From an uncultured Nitrospiraceae bacterium (GTDB lineage Bacteria; Nitrospirota; Thermodesulfovibrionia; Thermodesulfovibrionales; SM23-35), in contig CAVSHB010000003.1 in the NCBI GenBank assembly GCA_963727775.1, forward strand, positions 526,002 to 590,001: a stretch of 64,000 nt of DNA, given 5' to 3'. Of this stretch, positions 50,054-61,123 are shown piece by piece. A program made the position numbers and the translations under genes. Under the pieces are notes generated by a model, which searched no databases, was not told the origin of the DNA, and was given only the letters and a program-made list of their open reading frames with translations. Positions within the stretch are counted from its first letter, which is position 1, and each line of letters begins with the position of its first letter.

Positions 50054-50528
50054 CGAGGTGTTATAGGATCGTCAAAAAAGAATCGAGTCAACAGCTTTTT
50101 CGGGTGAAGGTGCGGCGGAGCATCCCGGGCGATGGAACCATCGGGGCTATCGTGTTGTCTATGCCGCTGAAAGCCGGGCGCTGGCATCACTTGAAATTAT
50201 AATCAACATGGTAAGAGAAAGCACCGAGAGGTTTAGCTTTTCCCTTTTTACAATTACAATACCAGAGGGGGCTATGATTGCTCGGGTGGAAGTGGGCGAT
50301 CTGCCCTCTCGCTGGCGAGGAGCGCGACATTCGGATGCTACGAGAGATATAGGCACCAAATGGCTGAGAGAGGCGACGTCCGCCGTGCTTTCTGTCCCCT
50401 CATCGATCATACCGGAAGAAAGAGCTTATCTTCTAAACCCTATGCATCCTGATTTCCTGAAGATAAAGATAAGCGTGCCCGAACTTTTTTCTTTCGATTC
50501 GAGAATTTTAAACGCCCTTCTCGGATAA
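50050..50528 (+). pseudogene. RES-domain toxin, frameshifted in an A6 run near the 5' end
   Basis: One added A at 50074-50079 gives YRIVKKRIESTAFSGEG..GRWN..VYAAES..LE..VPS..LLNP.HPDF. Confidence 0.85.
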
Positions 50529-50941
50529 CACGGGTCTTACCTTACAATTTACCGCTATTACCTGTTCACAATCAACAATAAATGCACATTAGTTGTTATA
50601 CGGTCTCACTCGACGAAGTTGGTGAGTCAGACCGAGCCTTCAGCGATGTGTATGTGGACCCTATTCCCCGCTGAACTTAACAGTGTCAGCTCCTTCGATG
50701 AAGTCCGCGTCTATCACGATAGACAAGGGAACAAAAGAAGATCATCGAGACTTACGGACAGAATCCTGGCCTATCAAACAGGCGGATCGCAAAAAGGACA
50801 AAACAGAAGTGGGGTACTGTTCATAAAACCCTTTCACTTTTCAAGGCAGGAAAGCTTGATAGGGATGGGTTTTAGTATGGTCGTTTTCTCTGTTCATAAA
50901 AGGAGTGTTTTATGAATCTCAGGCTCTCAACCGTACATACC

Positions 50942-52129
50942 TTAATCTTTCAGCCATGCTTGGGCTGATTCCGAGAAAAACTTCTCAAGAGGGACACCGC
51001 CTTCGCCGACAATCAATGATTTTGCCTTGGGATATTTTGAGCGAAATACTTGCATGCCGGGCGTCTTCCCACTCCTGCCGCTCTTGACCTCCACTGCCCA
51101 CACATTCGAACCCCTTGTGATAACAAAGTCCACTTCTTTGTCGCCGTCTCTCCAGTAGGTAAGCCCATATGCTGTTCCGGAAAGACCATTGCAGAAATGC
51201 GCTCCCACGGCGTTCTCTACAAGCCGTCCCCATAATGACGCATCACCGACGGCCTCCTTGAATGTTTTTGAAGATAGCGCATTGATTAGTGCATTGTTCC
51301 AAAGAATAAGCTTGGGGCTGCTCCCTCGTTTTCTTACCTGGCCCTGAGAAAAAAGCTCTAGTCCGCTTACCAGAAAAGCAGACTCAAGCAGTCTGAGATA
51401 ATGGGCCAACGTTGTGGTGTTGCCGGCATCCTGAAGTTGTCCGAGCATCTTGTTATAGGAAAATATCCTGGCCGGGAATGTTGCAGATAGGGCAAACAGA
51501 TGCCGCAGCAGCGCAGGTTTAGTGATCTTTTGCATCTGCAGCACGTCCCGCGCAAGTACCGTTTCGATCAGGGAATCGGTGATATACTGTTTCCATTGCT
51601 GTTCATCATGAACAAATACGACGGCCCCCGGATATCCGCCGAAGTAAAGCCATGTTTTCAAGTCCCAACCGAAAGCGGAGGAACACTCATTAAATGACCA
51701 ATGAGGGCACCGAGTCAGGAAGAAACGGCCAGTCAGGCTTTCAGTGAGCCCCTCCTGAAGCAGTAATGCCGACGATCCGAGCGCCAGCAATCGAATATCC
51801 TTCCCTTCGCGTTGAGTTCGGTCCCAATGCAGCTTGAGGCTCTCGCTCCACCCTCTCACCTTCTGAATTTCATCAAGCACAAGGAATACCGTTTTTGCTT
51901 TAAGCAGTTGAAGCTCTGCGAGACGCCATTGAGTCTCGATCCATTCAGGGCCTGGAGGAAGAGGGCTGTCCGCCGAAGCATACACAGAAGGATAGGGGAG
52001 CTTCTTCATCACCTGTCTGGCTATGGTCGTTTTGCCGACCTGTCTGGGTCCGATAAGCACCTGAAAAACCGGAAGTCTTTTCTTAAGTGAAACTGCAAGT
52101 GACTTTACAATGGGCCGTTCAAATTCCAT
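50942..52129 (-). CDS. AAA_14 ATPase with DUF4143 domain
   Basis: GPRQVGKT, LDEIQ, GGYP, LVEN and EVDF..AVEVK motifs. Confidence 0.9.
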   Translation of the reverse strand: MEFERPIVKSLAVSLKKRLPVFQVLIGPRQVGKTTIARQVMKKLPYPSVYASADSPLPPGPEWIETQWRLAELQLLKAKTVFLVLDEIQKVRGWSESLKLHWDRTQREGKDIRLLALGSSALLLQEGLTESLTGRFFLTRCPHWSFNECSSAFGWDLKTWLYFGGYPGAVVFVHDEQQWKQYITDSLIETVLARDVLQMQKITKPALLRHLFALSATFPARIFSYNKMLGQLQDAGNTTTLAHYLRLLESAFLVSGLELFSQGQVRKRGSSPKLILWNNALINALSSKTFKEAVGDASLWGRLVENAVGAHFCNGLSGTAYGLTYWRDGDKEVDFVITRGSNVWAVEVKSGRSGKTPGMQVFRSKYPKAKSLIVGEGGVPLEKFFSESAQAWLKD

Positions 52130-52176
52130 AGTGAAAGCTTAACATCAAGAGAAAGCGCGTGTCAATAATACTCATC

Positions 52177-52198
52177 CATTGAGTAAAGTTACTCAATG
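52177..52198. promoter_or_regulatory. Operator-like inverted repeat upstream of the AAA ATPase gene
   Basis: CATTGAGTAA-AG-TTACTCAATG, next to a minus-strand TTGACA. Confidence 0.5.
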
Positions 52199-52253
52199 AT
52201 AACTAATTTACTTTTACTCTTTGATGTGTGCCAGTAGGTCGTTTGGCTGGCAG

Positions 52254-52379
52254 TTAAAGGTCCAGATACAAGGCATCAGGAAACGCCCACCGGATGAAGG
52301 TGCACTTGCCGGTGCCCCTCGGACCAAGCAGAAAAAAACTCTGCTTTGGTGCTCCAATAAAGCTGCTTATCAATTCCAT
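52254..52379 (-). pseudogene. N-terminal fragment of a second AAA_14 ATPase
   Basis: SFFLLGPRGTGKCT..ALYLDL, then stop. Confidence 0.65.
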
Positions 52380-53115
52380 ATTAAGTCCATTTTTGGAGTT
52401 ATCATATCCAAATATTATACCACCGTGACGATGGGGGCAGGAGATAATTGATAGTATGCTGGTATGCCGCATTCTTATTACTGTCGCAGAATTGTAGCAG
52501 ATTTTAGCTCTTTAGGCAGAAAATGCCGAAAGGACAGAAAATACCGAACGATAATGTCTTCTTTGAAATCAATACGTTATACCCAAATCGTTGCCAGTGG
52601 CCCTTCTGTCAAAATTGCCCGCTTCGCCCTTTCAAGGCGGCAACTACACACCATGGTGACTGTCACTACCTGGAGCGAGAACCTTTAGTGGTGCAGAAAG
52701 TACCTACATGCGGATACCAAGTTGACGATCACTATGGGCAAGGGACTTGTCTACGGGTCAGTGCTGGTTGACGATTGGCCTCCTTATGTGTACAGATGGC
52801 TTCGATGGAGAAAAGCGGGCTGGTGTGTCATGCCCACAAAAGAGTGGAATGCTAAGGGAATGCATCGACAAGTATTACGCTATGATGGAGCGAATCTCGA
52901 TGAGGTTGGGAAAGGCTTTTGAAAAGAAGGAATGAAGTTCTGAGGGATAGAGAAATTAGCCGCGTAGTGTTGCAGCCAACGCAGATTTTCAACTACTCTT
53001 GTGCTAAAGTCACATGTCAGTTTGCGGAACATCGTTGTATATTAATGAAAAGCCTGTTAAGAACAATGTATCATATGAATCATGCCCAGTAATTTAAATG
53101 CATTCAGAGTAAATA

Positions 53116-53364
53116 TTGAAGACATCAAGAACATCTCGAGTATTCGTCAGTTCCACCTTCAGTGATCTAAAGGGAAAGTGTAACGCACTTCAGGAAAGGG
53201 TATCCCCAAAGCTGCGGGAATTGTGTGAGCAGCATGGATGCCGATTCCAAGCTGTAGATCTGCGTTGGGGGGTGAGCCGGGAAACAGCCCTTGACCAGCG
53301 AGTCAATCGGATGTGCCTAGAGGAAGTTGAACGTTGCCAAAGGCTTTCTCCCCAACAAATATGA
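53116..53364 (+). pseudogene. DUF4062-like N-terminal fragment
   Basis: RVFVSSTFSDL..VDLRWGV..CLEEVERC, truncated. Confidence 0.72.
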
Positions 53365-53678
53365 ACCTAATAGACCATTTAAAAACAACAGGTGGTGCAG
53401 GAGAAAATATACACCTATTTATGGATCAATTCTACAAATATTTTGGTAGAGACCATAGGGTAATCCTGCACCATAAAATGGGGATAAAAGCAGTGGGTAA
53501 AATATTTGGGACAGCGGCTATGCCAATTGCTGAGAACCATATACTTGACGACTGGCAAGGGGGTATGCCCAACGGACCGCATGACAAGAATTTTTACAGG
53601 TTAGCGTGGGCGTATGATTTACATATGTTTATGGATGCCGTAAAATTTGCCGATGAATTTCTAAAGATTTGGGGATAA
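53361..53678 (+). CDS. Small His-rich hypothetical protein (DUF6915-like)
   Basis: HLFMD..HRVILHH..GI..ENHILDD pattern. Confidence 0.55.
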   Translation: MNLIDHLKTTGGAGENIHLFMDQFYKYFGRDHRVILHHKMGIKAVGKIFGTAAMPIAENHILDDWQGGMPNGPHDKNFYRLAWAYDLHMFMDAVKFADEFLKIWG

Positions 53679-54000
53679 GAATATATCTAAACGAAAATAT
53701 GAATAGAAAAACGTAAGAAGAATGTTCAAGTCTAAAAAGAAAGACAGATATACGGCTTTGGGCCACATCTGACAAGGAATATTTGTTAGACAAGGTTGAC
53801 ATAGAAACTGAACATACCTATTCATACAATTCGTCTCGTTAAAATTCAAATTCCTCAAACATTAAGACCTCCAATCAAATGAATGAATTGTGAGTGCATC
53901 CTCATTATGCAGTGCATTTCCTATAGGCATTGGCCACTATAAACCAAAAACTTTCCATTAATCAAACAAGACTGCAGTCAAAAAGTTATATAATCATACA

Positions 54001-54828
54001 GTGAAAATACTCTTTGTCACCGACTTGCATGGATCTCAGTGGAAATATGACCGACTGTTTGATGTTGCAACGGGGTTAGGGGTGCAGATCGTTGTCAATG
54101 CCGGCGATATGCTTCCCAAGGAAGGGGCTCTGTTACAACAAGATGATTTTATCACTTCATTTCTTGACCTATTCTTTGAGAAGTTTAATAATGCCGGAAT
54201 CTACTACCTCTGCTATCTTGGAAACGATGATCTTATGATCTTCGACCAGTTATTCGAAAAGGTTTGTGAGAAATACCGTTTTGTTGTCTCTCTTGCCCAG
54301 CAAAAATGTGACATCAGCGGTTACGAGTTTATAGGTATGAACTGGGTTGTCGATTATCCTTTTCGGCTTAAGGACAGATGCCGGGTGGATACCGACGACT
54401 ACGTATTCCAAAAACAACTGGGGACAGGCCTGCTGTCAACTCGAGAGGGATTTCAGGAGATTAAAGACTGGCCTGCCTACGCTAGATCACTGCCTACTCT
54501 CCATGATGAGTTGATCAATCTGGTGCGCCCCCAAAATATGTATAAAGCTATATATGTGATTCACATGCCACCCGCCAAACTGGGGCTGGATAAATGTTAT
54601 AGCGGGGTAGAAGCTGGATCGACAGCCGTTTATGACTTTATCAGAAAGAATCAGCCTCTTATGGCTTTACATGGACATATTCACGAGTCCCCTCAAATGA
54701 CTAACAAATGGTTCGCAGAACTTGGTAGAACAATCTGCATACAACCAGGTCAGCTTGATGATTTTACGTACGTGACGATTGATCTGCATACCATGCATTT
54801 TGAAAGACACAGTGAACGACACCGATAA
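54001..54828 (+). CDS. Calcineurin-like metallophosphoesterase
   Basis: DLHG, GD, GNDD, HMPP and GHIHE motifs. Confidence 0.9.
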   Translation: MKILFVTDLHGSQWKYDRLFDVATGLGVQIVVNAGDMLPKEGALLQQDDFITSFLDLFFEKFNNAGIYYLCYLGNDDLMIFDQLFEKVCEKYRFVVSLAQQKCDISGYEFIGMNWVVDYPFRLKDRCRVDTDDYVFQKQLGTGLLSTREGFQEIKDWPAYARSLPTLHDELINLVRPQNMYKAIYVIHMPPAKLGLDKCYSGVEAGSTAVYDFIRKNQPLMALHGHIHESPQMTNKWFAELGRTICIQPGQLDDFTYVTIDLHTMHFERHSERHR

Positions 54829-55094
54829 AAAAGGCATTATTCTTTTTAGAACATTGATAATCCCTATGCATTCTAAAGCTCCTCAAATCCTTAGAAGCGT
54901 TTTTAAGGTGCGTCCGCAATTCTCCAATTCATATATTACCGGGTGAAAGACGTCGTTGCCGTTAATGGGTCTTTCCAACGGTCTCAATTTCCTCCCTTGA
55001 AATGTGGAGCTGCACATTTCACTCGGAATATTCTCCATTTGTCTTATTTTGTTTCATTTTCTTAATGATATTTCTGAACGGTGGCATCTGCTGT

Positions 55095-56336
55095 TTACGA
55101 TTTCTTTTGCGGGCCGTCCAGACCAAGCTCTCCGCTGAGCACCTTAGCGACGAACCGATCACCCGAGGTCTGCGATGCAGCCAGTTTGCGTATGCGCTCG
55201 AATGTCTCACGCCCGTTACCGGCGTTTGCGGCAGCTTCCATGGTATAAAGGTAGGCATCTCTGATATCCGCAGAAGTAATTTCATAGCCATACCCCTCAC
55301 ACAACCATCTAAGCGCAGCTACCCCGGCTTCGACAGCAAAGTCCGGATGCGTAGCGGCCGCCTTCCTTGCGGCCCGTGTCAGCGTCCTGGGGTCACAGGG
55401 CGTCTTGTTGGCCAGTCCGATTGACTCGGCATACAGACCAGCGGATTTCGCAGAAGCAAACCACTTACCTTCTTCTCCGGGTGTGCTTTCAACGAGATCG
55501 TGCAGGATCTCACTGGCAGTCTTATGAGGATATTTCTTTGTAATGGCCCGAAAGGTCGCCAGATGCGATGTGCCTCGATTAGCGTCAAGTGAATACCGGG
55601 CATATGCTTCATCGTACATGCCACTCGAAAGAAGAATTGCCTCACAGGCCAGTGCAATTGCGCTCGAGGGCTCGTTGATTCCGTGGGAATCCTCTGCGTA
55701 ACGGATCGCCTCTGCATTTCTGCCCATAGCGCTCAGAGCCTTCACACCCCACTTCCTGTAATACCAGTTCTTGTGCGGCAAAAGTTCGAGAAGGGAGAGG
55801 GTTTCCTCATTTCGCCCGGCCTTGACGAGGGCGCTCAGACAGGCGGTCGTACCTTTGAAATAACCATGATGCCCAGAAGAAGGATTCCATGCCATCCGGA
55901 CCACTTTTATAAATGAATCCGCCCATTGTGACGCGCGGTCAGCGGTTGCACAGAGTTCTCCCCAATATTCGGGCAACAGCTCGATATATGGGATATCGTC
56001 TGCCTCGACCGCCTGCCAGAGGCGCTCCAGCCACCTGTCTCGCACAGAACTATCTGCCGGAGCACCGGCTATAATGGGCGCAAGTATCTCAATGGCATTG
56101 TTCACAGCCGATCCTATCGCACCCGATGAACTATCGACGTGGGCCAATGCAGGGGATAACCTTTCCAGAAACAACACAGCGCCTTCAGCAGCCAGGACCG
56201 ACTCTTTACGTACTGTTTTCTTTATCTCTGCCACAGCCTCTTTTACGCGTGCCAGGGCCGGCTGCGAGCGCCATCCGAAGGCATTCCGACGAAACCGCGC
56301 TACAAAATTCCATTTGTGAGTAGTTGATGAAGCCAT
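55095..56336 (-). CDS. Hypothetical all-helical protein
   Basis: Long Ala-rich ORF divergent from the XPB operon; no motif assigned. Confidence 0.7.
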   Translation of the reverse strand: MASSTTHKWNFVARFRRNAFGWRSQPALARVKEAVAEIKKTVRKESVLAAEGAVLFLERLSPALAHVDSSSGAIGSAVNNAIEILAPIIAGAPADSSVRDRWLERLWQAVEADDIPYIELLPEYWGELCATADRASQWADSFIKVVRMAWNPSSGHHGYFKGTTACLSALVKAGRNEETLSLLELLPHKNWYYRKWGVKALSAMGRNAEAIRYAEDSHGINEPSSAIALACEAILLSSGMYDEAYARYSLDANRGTSHLATFRAITKKYPHKTASEILHDLVESTPGEEGKWFASAKSAGLYAESIGLANKTPCDPRTLTRAARKAAATHPDFAVEAGVAALRWLCEGYGYEITSADIRDAYLYTMEAAANAGNGRETFERIRKLAASQTSGDRFVAKVLSGELGLDGPQKKS

Positions 56337-56850
56337 TTTATTTCCATCTTTCGTATTTAAGTTGAAATGAAACACACATTCGATATATTGCCTTGTTTTA
56401 TAAGGCTAATTGTGAGCAAGCTTTTGCAATACCGTATCAATAGAAGCTTTGCAGGCTTTTTTGCCCAGTATTTATCCATCTTAAAGGAGTCTTGGGATGT
56501 TAGTCGTTCCCAAATCCTTAGTCCACGCGGTTTTACTAATTTCAGTGCTCATAACCATTCGAAATTAAATATTAATAATGACCTTAATAGATTCTTTTCA
56601 ACTTTATTGCGAATGAATCTTTTATTTCTATTCTAACCAATTGACACCGTTGATGTCACACGGCATTCATCCCCTCAAGCGAGCTGTAAAAGGGGACAGG
56701 CTGGTTTTTCAAAGTTCCCGCACGATTGCTTCAAGAATGCCCTTGCCGGGCTGCCATAAGTCCCTTCCTAAATCAAAGGATCATGGATGCACTAATTGCA
56801 TTGGGCATGTATTTAGCGATACGAGGGTTTCTTAATGTAAAATAGATGCC

Positions 56851-58827
56851 ATGGAATTTCCTGTTCCCAGAACATATCGGGATTTATTGTGTACATTGGA
56901 TAAGGACGCCCTTTTATCCTTTATGAGGGGCTTTTTCAAGGGCGATCTTGCTACTGCCGACCTTTTTACAAACCGGATAAACGAAGATAACCTGATGAAC
57001 AGCTTCTTAGACAAATTTTCCTCTGCCTCATATATCAAAGGCATTCCGGATCAGATATCAAAGGATGAATTAAAGGCGTTAAGGGAGATTATCAGGAAAG
57101 GCGGTTTCCTGCGGCCTGGCGATAAACACTTCCCTGAAAAGAGCACAGTCGATGGCCTTGTAGAAAAAAAGCTTGCCTTCAGGAGCGATGGCGCTGACGG
57201 TCGCGGGGTTGCCGTGCCGCTCGAAATCTGCCTCGGGTTGCCATTTGATAAAAATGAGGAATACCGTTCACTCATGAGGGCGATGAACCGATATTCCTCT
57301 GACATAATCAAGCTCATGGCGCCTCATCTGGGGATTCCCCAATACAACAAGCTGCATAAGATCAGGCTTGCCGCAGTCGTTTATAAAAGGATTATCGAAA
57401 ACTACTCCCAGTATATCGGGTCGCTCACCGATCTGCAGAAAAAGATCATCAGGCATATATTCAGGCGCGGCGGCTTTGTTTCGAATGGAAACCTCGATGT
57501 ATGGGCCAAGGCCAACGGTATGAAAGAATCCGGAGGCCAGAGGAGTTGGTACGGAGGGGATTACTTTCTTGATTATATGAGCACAGCGTACAGAAGAAAA
57601 AAAGAAGATTTGTCCGACCTTGAAAAGGCGTTGTTGCACCCTGTCTTGTCCGGGGTAGTCTGCGTCTCATACAGAGAGACTTATGATAGCATATGGCATT
57701 ATTTCATCCCTGAAGAGGTATTCCCATTGCTGGCCGGGGACTTTTTCAGGGAGATGGATGAAAAGAGGGAAGTCGCAAGAAAAACAATGCGCGCTGCGGC
57801 CCCCGATGTTTTTGTCTCCTATTCCGGCAGAGTAGCAGAGGACCTTATCAAGGTCCAGATAGCTGCTGCATGCGGTCTGGTCGGATTTGTGAAGAACAAG
57901 CCCGAATTTAAGAAACGTTCGATATCCGACATTGCCGGGCTGTTGAATTCTGCTGAATGTTACGTGGAAAATCTGTTTAGGTTGTTAGGTTTTCACCCCA
58001 GCGGGATGAATATCATAAACTACAGTAGTTTTGATCTGCTCAAGTCATATCTATTCAAGTACGAATATGTCGTTTCTCTCCTTCCCATTTTGCAGCCTTT
58101 TCAGGGATGGGTGCATATGGATGGCCTCATTAAATATCTTCTCAATCATAGAGACCTCTACCGCTTTTCAGCATCACTTTCTGAAAACGTTATCGAGTCC
58201 GCGCTGAAAGACCTCGGCATGCTCGGCCTTTTGGATATTTCCCCTGACGGCAAGAGAGCGCAGGTCGCGCCCTTGTTGTCAAAGATGTTCGACTCTCCTC
58301 ACTTCAAATCCATAGGGGTAATTAAAGGAGACTCCCGGCCGCTTATAGTGCAGCCGAACCTTGAGCTGCTGATACCTATGAATACGGAAATAAAGGCGCT
58401 CAAGAAGCTCTCCGAATTCTCCGACCTGATCGTGCTTGACAAGATGCTCCACTTTGCCTTGTCGAAAAAAAGTCTTATGCGAGGACTGGATCTGGGATGG
58501 GATATAAAAAAGGTTATCACCTTCCTTTCGTCGATTTCCTCAAAGGATGTCCCCAAGACCGTTGAAAATTTTGTCGAGACGTGCTTAAACAAACGGGGCG
58601 AGGCGGTTGTGATGCCATCTTCGACCCTCATACATTGCAAGGGGCTCGGGCTGAAGTCAAAGATATTATCTATGCGGGGATTGAAGGCGGAAGGACTGGA
58701 GGGAGCTGATGACTATCTCTATATTTCCGCCCAGTCTCCTGGCGAAGTGCTCAGGATATTGAAAAAGCACGGGATCTTTGCCGAGCTGGCAGAAGAAGGA
58801 AAACAGGCAGACAGGAGTCGTAAATGA
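56851..58827 (+). CDS. Helicase-associated protein with C-terminal Helicase_C_3 (XPB-NTD/p52-like) domain
   Basis: PLIVQPNLELL..LSEFSD..LSKKSL.RGL..G..VITFL..S..VPKTV pattern. Confidence 0.75.
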   Translation: MEFPVPRTYRDLLCTLDKDALLSFMRGFFKGDLATADLFTNRINEDNLMNSFLDKFSSASYIKGIPDQISKDELKALREIIRKGGFLRPGDKHFPEKSTVDGLVEKKLAFRSDGADGRGVAVPLEICLGLPFDKNEEYRSLMRAMNRYSSDIIKLMAPHLGIPQYNKLHKIRLAAVVYKRIIENYSQYIGSLTDLQKKIIRHIFRRGGFVSNGNLDVWAKANGMKESGGQRSWYGGDYFLDYMSTAYRRKKEDLSDLEKALLHPVLSGVVCVSYRETYDSIWHYFIPEEVFPLLAGDFFREMDEKREVARKTMRAAAPDVFVSYSGRVAEDLIKVQIAAACGLVGFVKNKPEFKKRSISDIAGLLNSAECYVENLFRLLGFHPSGMNIINYSSFDLLKSYLFKYEYVVSLLPILQPFQGWVHMDGLIKYLLNHRDLYRFSASLSENVIESALKDLGMLGLLDISPDGKRAQVAPLLSKMFDSPHFKSIGVIKGDSRPLIVQPNLELLIPMNTEIKALKKLSEFSDLIVLDKMLHFALSKKSLMRGLDLGWDIKKVITFLSSISSKDVPKTVENFVETCLNKRGEAVVMPSSTLIHCKGLGLKSKILSMRGLKAEGLEGADDYLYISAQSPGEVLRILKKHGIFAELAEEGKQADRSRK

Positions 58828-60668
58828 AATATAATGATAAGCCTTCGTTTTTGGCAGACGCGGTAGAAGCATATTCCGCTGACGAGGTAAGGAAGTTTTC
58901 GAAACTAGCAGTAGATATTATTTCCACGGAGAAGGGCCCCTTCTGGGTCAGCGGGCATATCGAGCAGGTATCATCGCAGAGGAAATCGGACCTAGCGCCG
59001 ATGCTCGTCAAGCTCATGAAACACGCTGAAGCATCAGCGGCACTATACAATCATCTTGCCGAACCGGAGAAGGCCGCGGTGCAGGAGGCGGTCTCGGACA
59101 TTCATGGGGTACTCGACATCGCCGTATTCAGGGCAAAATACGGGAAGAGTCCTTATATGTCAAAAAAAGAGAAAGAATCGCGAAGCCTCCTGCCGTTATT
59201 TATTTACTACGGAGGCATCATTCCGCCGGATCTGAAGGAAGTCTTAAAACATTTTGTGCCGAAGCCTCCCATGGCAGAACCGTCTTTTGAGGAGAATCCG
59301 CAGGATAAAATAGTTGTTGGAGATGAGGAAACACCTCTTGTCAGGCATCTTACAGAGCCTGCTGCGCTCCATGATCTTTCCGTACTGCTTCACCTTGCCG
59401 GAAACAGCCGGTTGAGCGCAAGCAGCGCAACGGGATATATCACAGGAGCAGGCGCCTCCACAGTCCGTGAAGTCCTGCTGCATGGAGATTATTATCCCGA
59501 AGGTACTGAGGCGGAGGATAAATATGATGTGCAGATTGGGGAGCAGGGAATCCGTCCCTTTGCATGGTGTATGATCCTGCAGGCGGGCAAGCTCGCAAAG
59601 GTAGAGGGCGGCAAACTGCGGCTCACAAAAAAGGGACATGAGGCCCTCAACAAGGCGCCTCATACGGTATTAAAGGAATTATGGGAAAGCTGGCGTAGCA
59701 ATAAACTCCTGCACGAGATGAACAGGATAGATATCATAAAAGGTCAAAAATCCAAGGGAAATCCTCTGTATGCGGCTGAAGAGTGCAGAGAAGCGCTTGA
59801 GATTGCATTGTCTTATCTTACGATAGGCCAATGGATAGAGACAGATGAATTTTTCCGTTACTTGATAGCCCGGGGGCTCAGGTTCACTGTTGCCCGCGAC
59901 CCGTGGAAACTTTATATTTCCGATAGAGAGCATGGTAGCCTCGGTTACAACCATATTACCTGGAACCACATCGAAGGACGTTTTGGCAGGGCATTTCTCC
60001 TTGAATACGGCGCGACAATGGGTATTATCGACGTTGCCTTAGTGCCCCCTTGGGGCGCGGCCGATGATATCGGGAATCTCTGGGGAGCCGACGCATACTC
60101 CTGCCTGAGCAGATACGACGGGCTTATGTATCTGCGGTTGACTCCTCTGGGAACGTGGATACTTGGCAAAGCCGATACTTATTCGCCCGCTGTGTCTGAG
60201 AGTATTCACATCTTCACCATCCTCCCAAACCTCGAAATTGCGATGACATCTCACATGGCGGCCCCGGATAGGCTGTTCCTTGACCGGATAGCCGAACGAA
60301 AATCGGAGAGGGTATGGGAACTCTCGCGAAGCAAGATCGTTCAGTCGCTGGAAGCTAATACGAAATTCGGGGTGATAAAGGATTTTCTTCTCAGCCGAAG
60401 CGGAGAAAGAGAAATCCCCCAGACTGTGGAGGTCTTCCTGAACGACATTAAAGAACGTTCGGAAAAATTGAGTGACCGTGGCATGGGAAGGATCATAGAA
60501 TGCGCCGACGCGGATACCGCTATGCTTATGGCAAATGATCCTGATCTGAAGAAATTATGCCTGCCTGCCGGGGACCGTTCTCTGGTTGTCCCTTCAAAGA
60601 ACGAATCGGCCTTCAGAACCGCGCTGAGGAAGAAAGGGTATGTTGTGATAACGGAGAAAACAAGATGA
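58824..60668 (+). CDS. Second helicase-associated protein with C-terminal Helicase_C_3 domain
   Basis: ILPNLEI..FLDRIAE..WELSRSKI..IKDFL..S..IPQTV pattern; ATGA overlap with the previous gene. Confidence 0.75.
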   Translation: MKYNDKPSFLADAVEAYSADEVRKFSKLAVDIISTEKGPFWVSGHIEQVSSQRKSDLAPMLVKLMKHAEASAALYNHLAEPEKAAVQEAVSDIHGVLDIAVFRAKYGKSPYMSKKEKESRSLLPLFIYYGGIIPPDLKEVLKHFVPKPPMAEPSFEENPQDKIVVGDEETPLVRHLTEPAALHDLSVLLHLAGNSRLSASSATGYITGAGASTVREVLLHGDYYPEGTEAEDKYDVQIGEQGIRPFAWCMILQAGKLAKVEGGKLRLTKKGHEALNKAPHTVLKELWESWRSNKLLHEMNRIDIIKGQKSKGNPLYAAEECREALEIALSYLTIGQWIETDEFFRYLIARGLRFTVARDPWKLYISDREHGSLGYNHITWNHIEGRFGRAFLLEYGATMGIIDVALVPPWGAADDIGNLWGADAYSCLSRYDGLMYLRLTPLGTWILGKADTYSPAVSESIHIFTILPNLEIAMTSHMAAPDRLFLDRIAERKSERVWELSRSKIVQSLEANTKFGVIKDFLLSRSGEREIPQTVEVFLNDIKERSEKLSDRGMGRIIECADADTAMLMANDPDLKKLCLPAGDRSLVVPSKNESAFRTALRKKGYVVITEKTR

Positions 60669-61123
60669 AAAGGAAATCTATGGAAGACAGCGATGATCAA
60701 GTGGAGATAATGCCGGAAGATTTTTATTCTGATGCCGGGGAGAAGATAAAATTCAATTGGTTTTGCTACGAGTTATCATTGGGATTGTACGATGCGCTTA
60801 CAAGAAAAGTAGGGAAAAAGTTTGCAAAGTTTAATATTGGGGATAGGGCAATCACCGACTTTTCAATTTATTTTGCCAAATCGATGAAAAGTATTATCCT
60901 CGAAAAGCTTTCCGGCAAAATTAAGACTGTTTATTTCTCCCATAAAACGATTGAATCATTTTTCCCGAAGATCAGTGACAGAATGGTAAATGCCGTTCTG
61001 GATGTTATTGCAGAAGTTTGGGACGACCAACTCGGCACTTGTGAAGTCTGCCCTACTCGCTGCATCAGTGAAAAAGAGGTTTATTGTACGATGTTCGATG
61101 ACGGTCCCTATGGGAAGGATTGA
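60665..61123 (+). CDS. Small protein with C-terminal CxxCxxxC-x7-C cluster
   Basis: CEVCPTRCISEKEVYC; overlaps both neighbouring genes. Confidence 0.75.
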   Translation: MKRKSMEDSDDQVEIMPEDFYSDAGEKIKFNWFCYELSLGLYDALTRKVGKKFAKFNIGDRAITDFSIYFAKSMKSIILEKLSGKIKTVYFSHKTIESFFPKISDRMVNAVLDVIAEVWDDQLGTCEVCPTRCISEKEVYCTMFDDGPYGKD

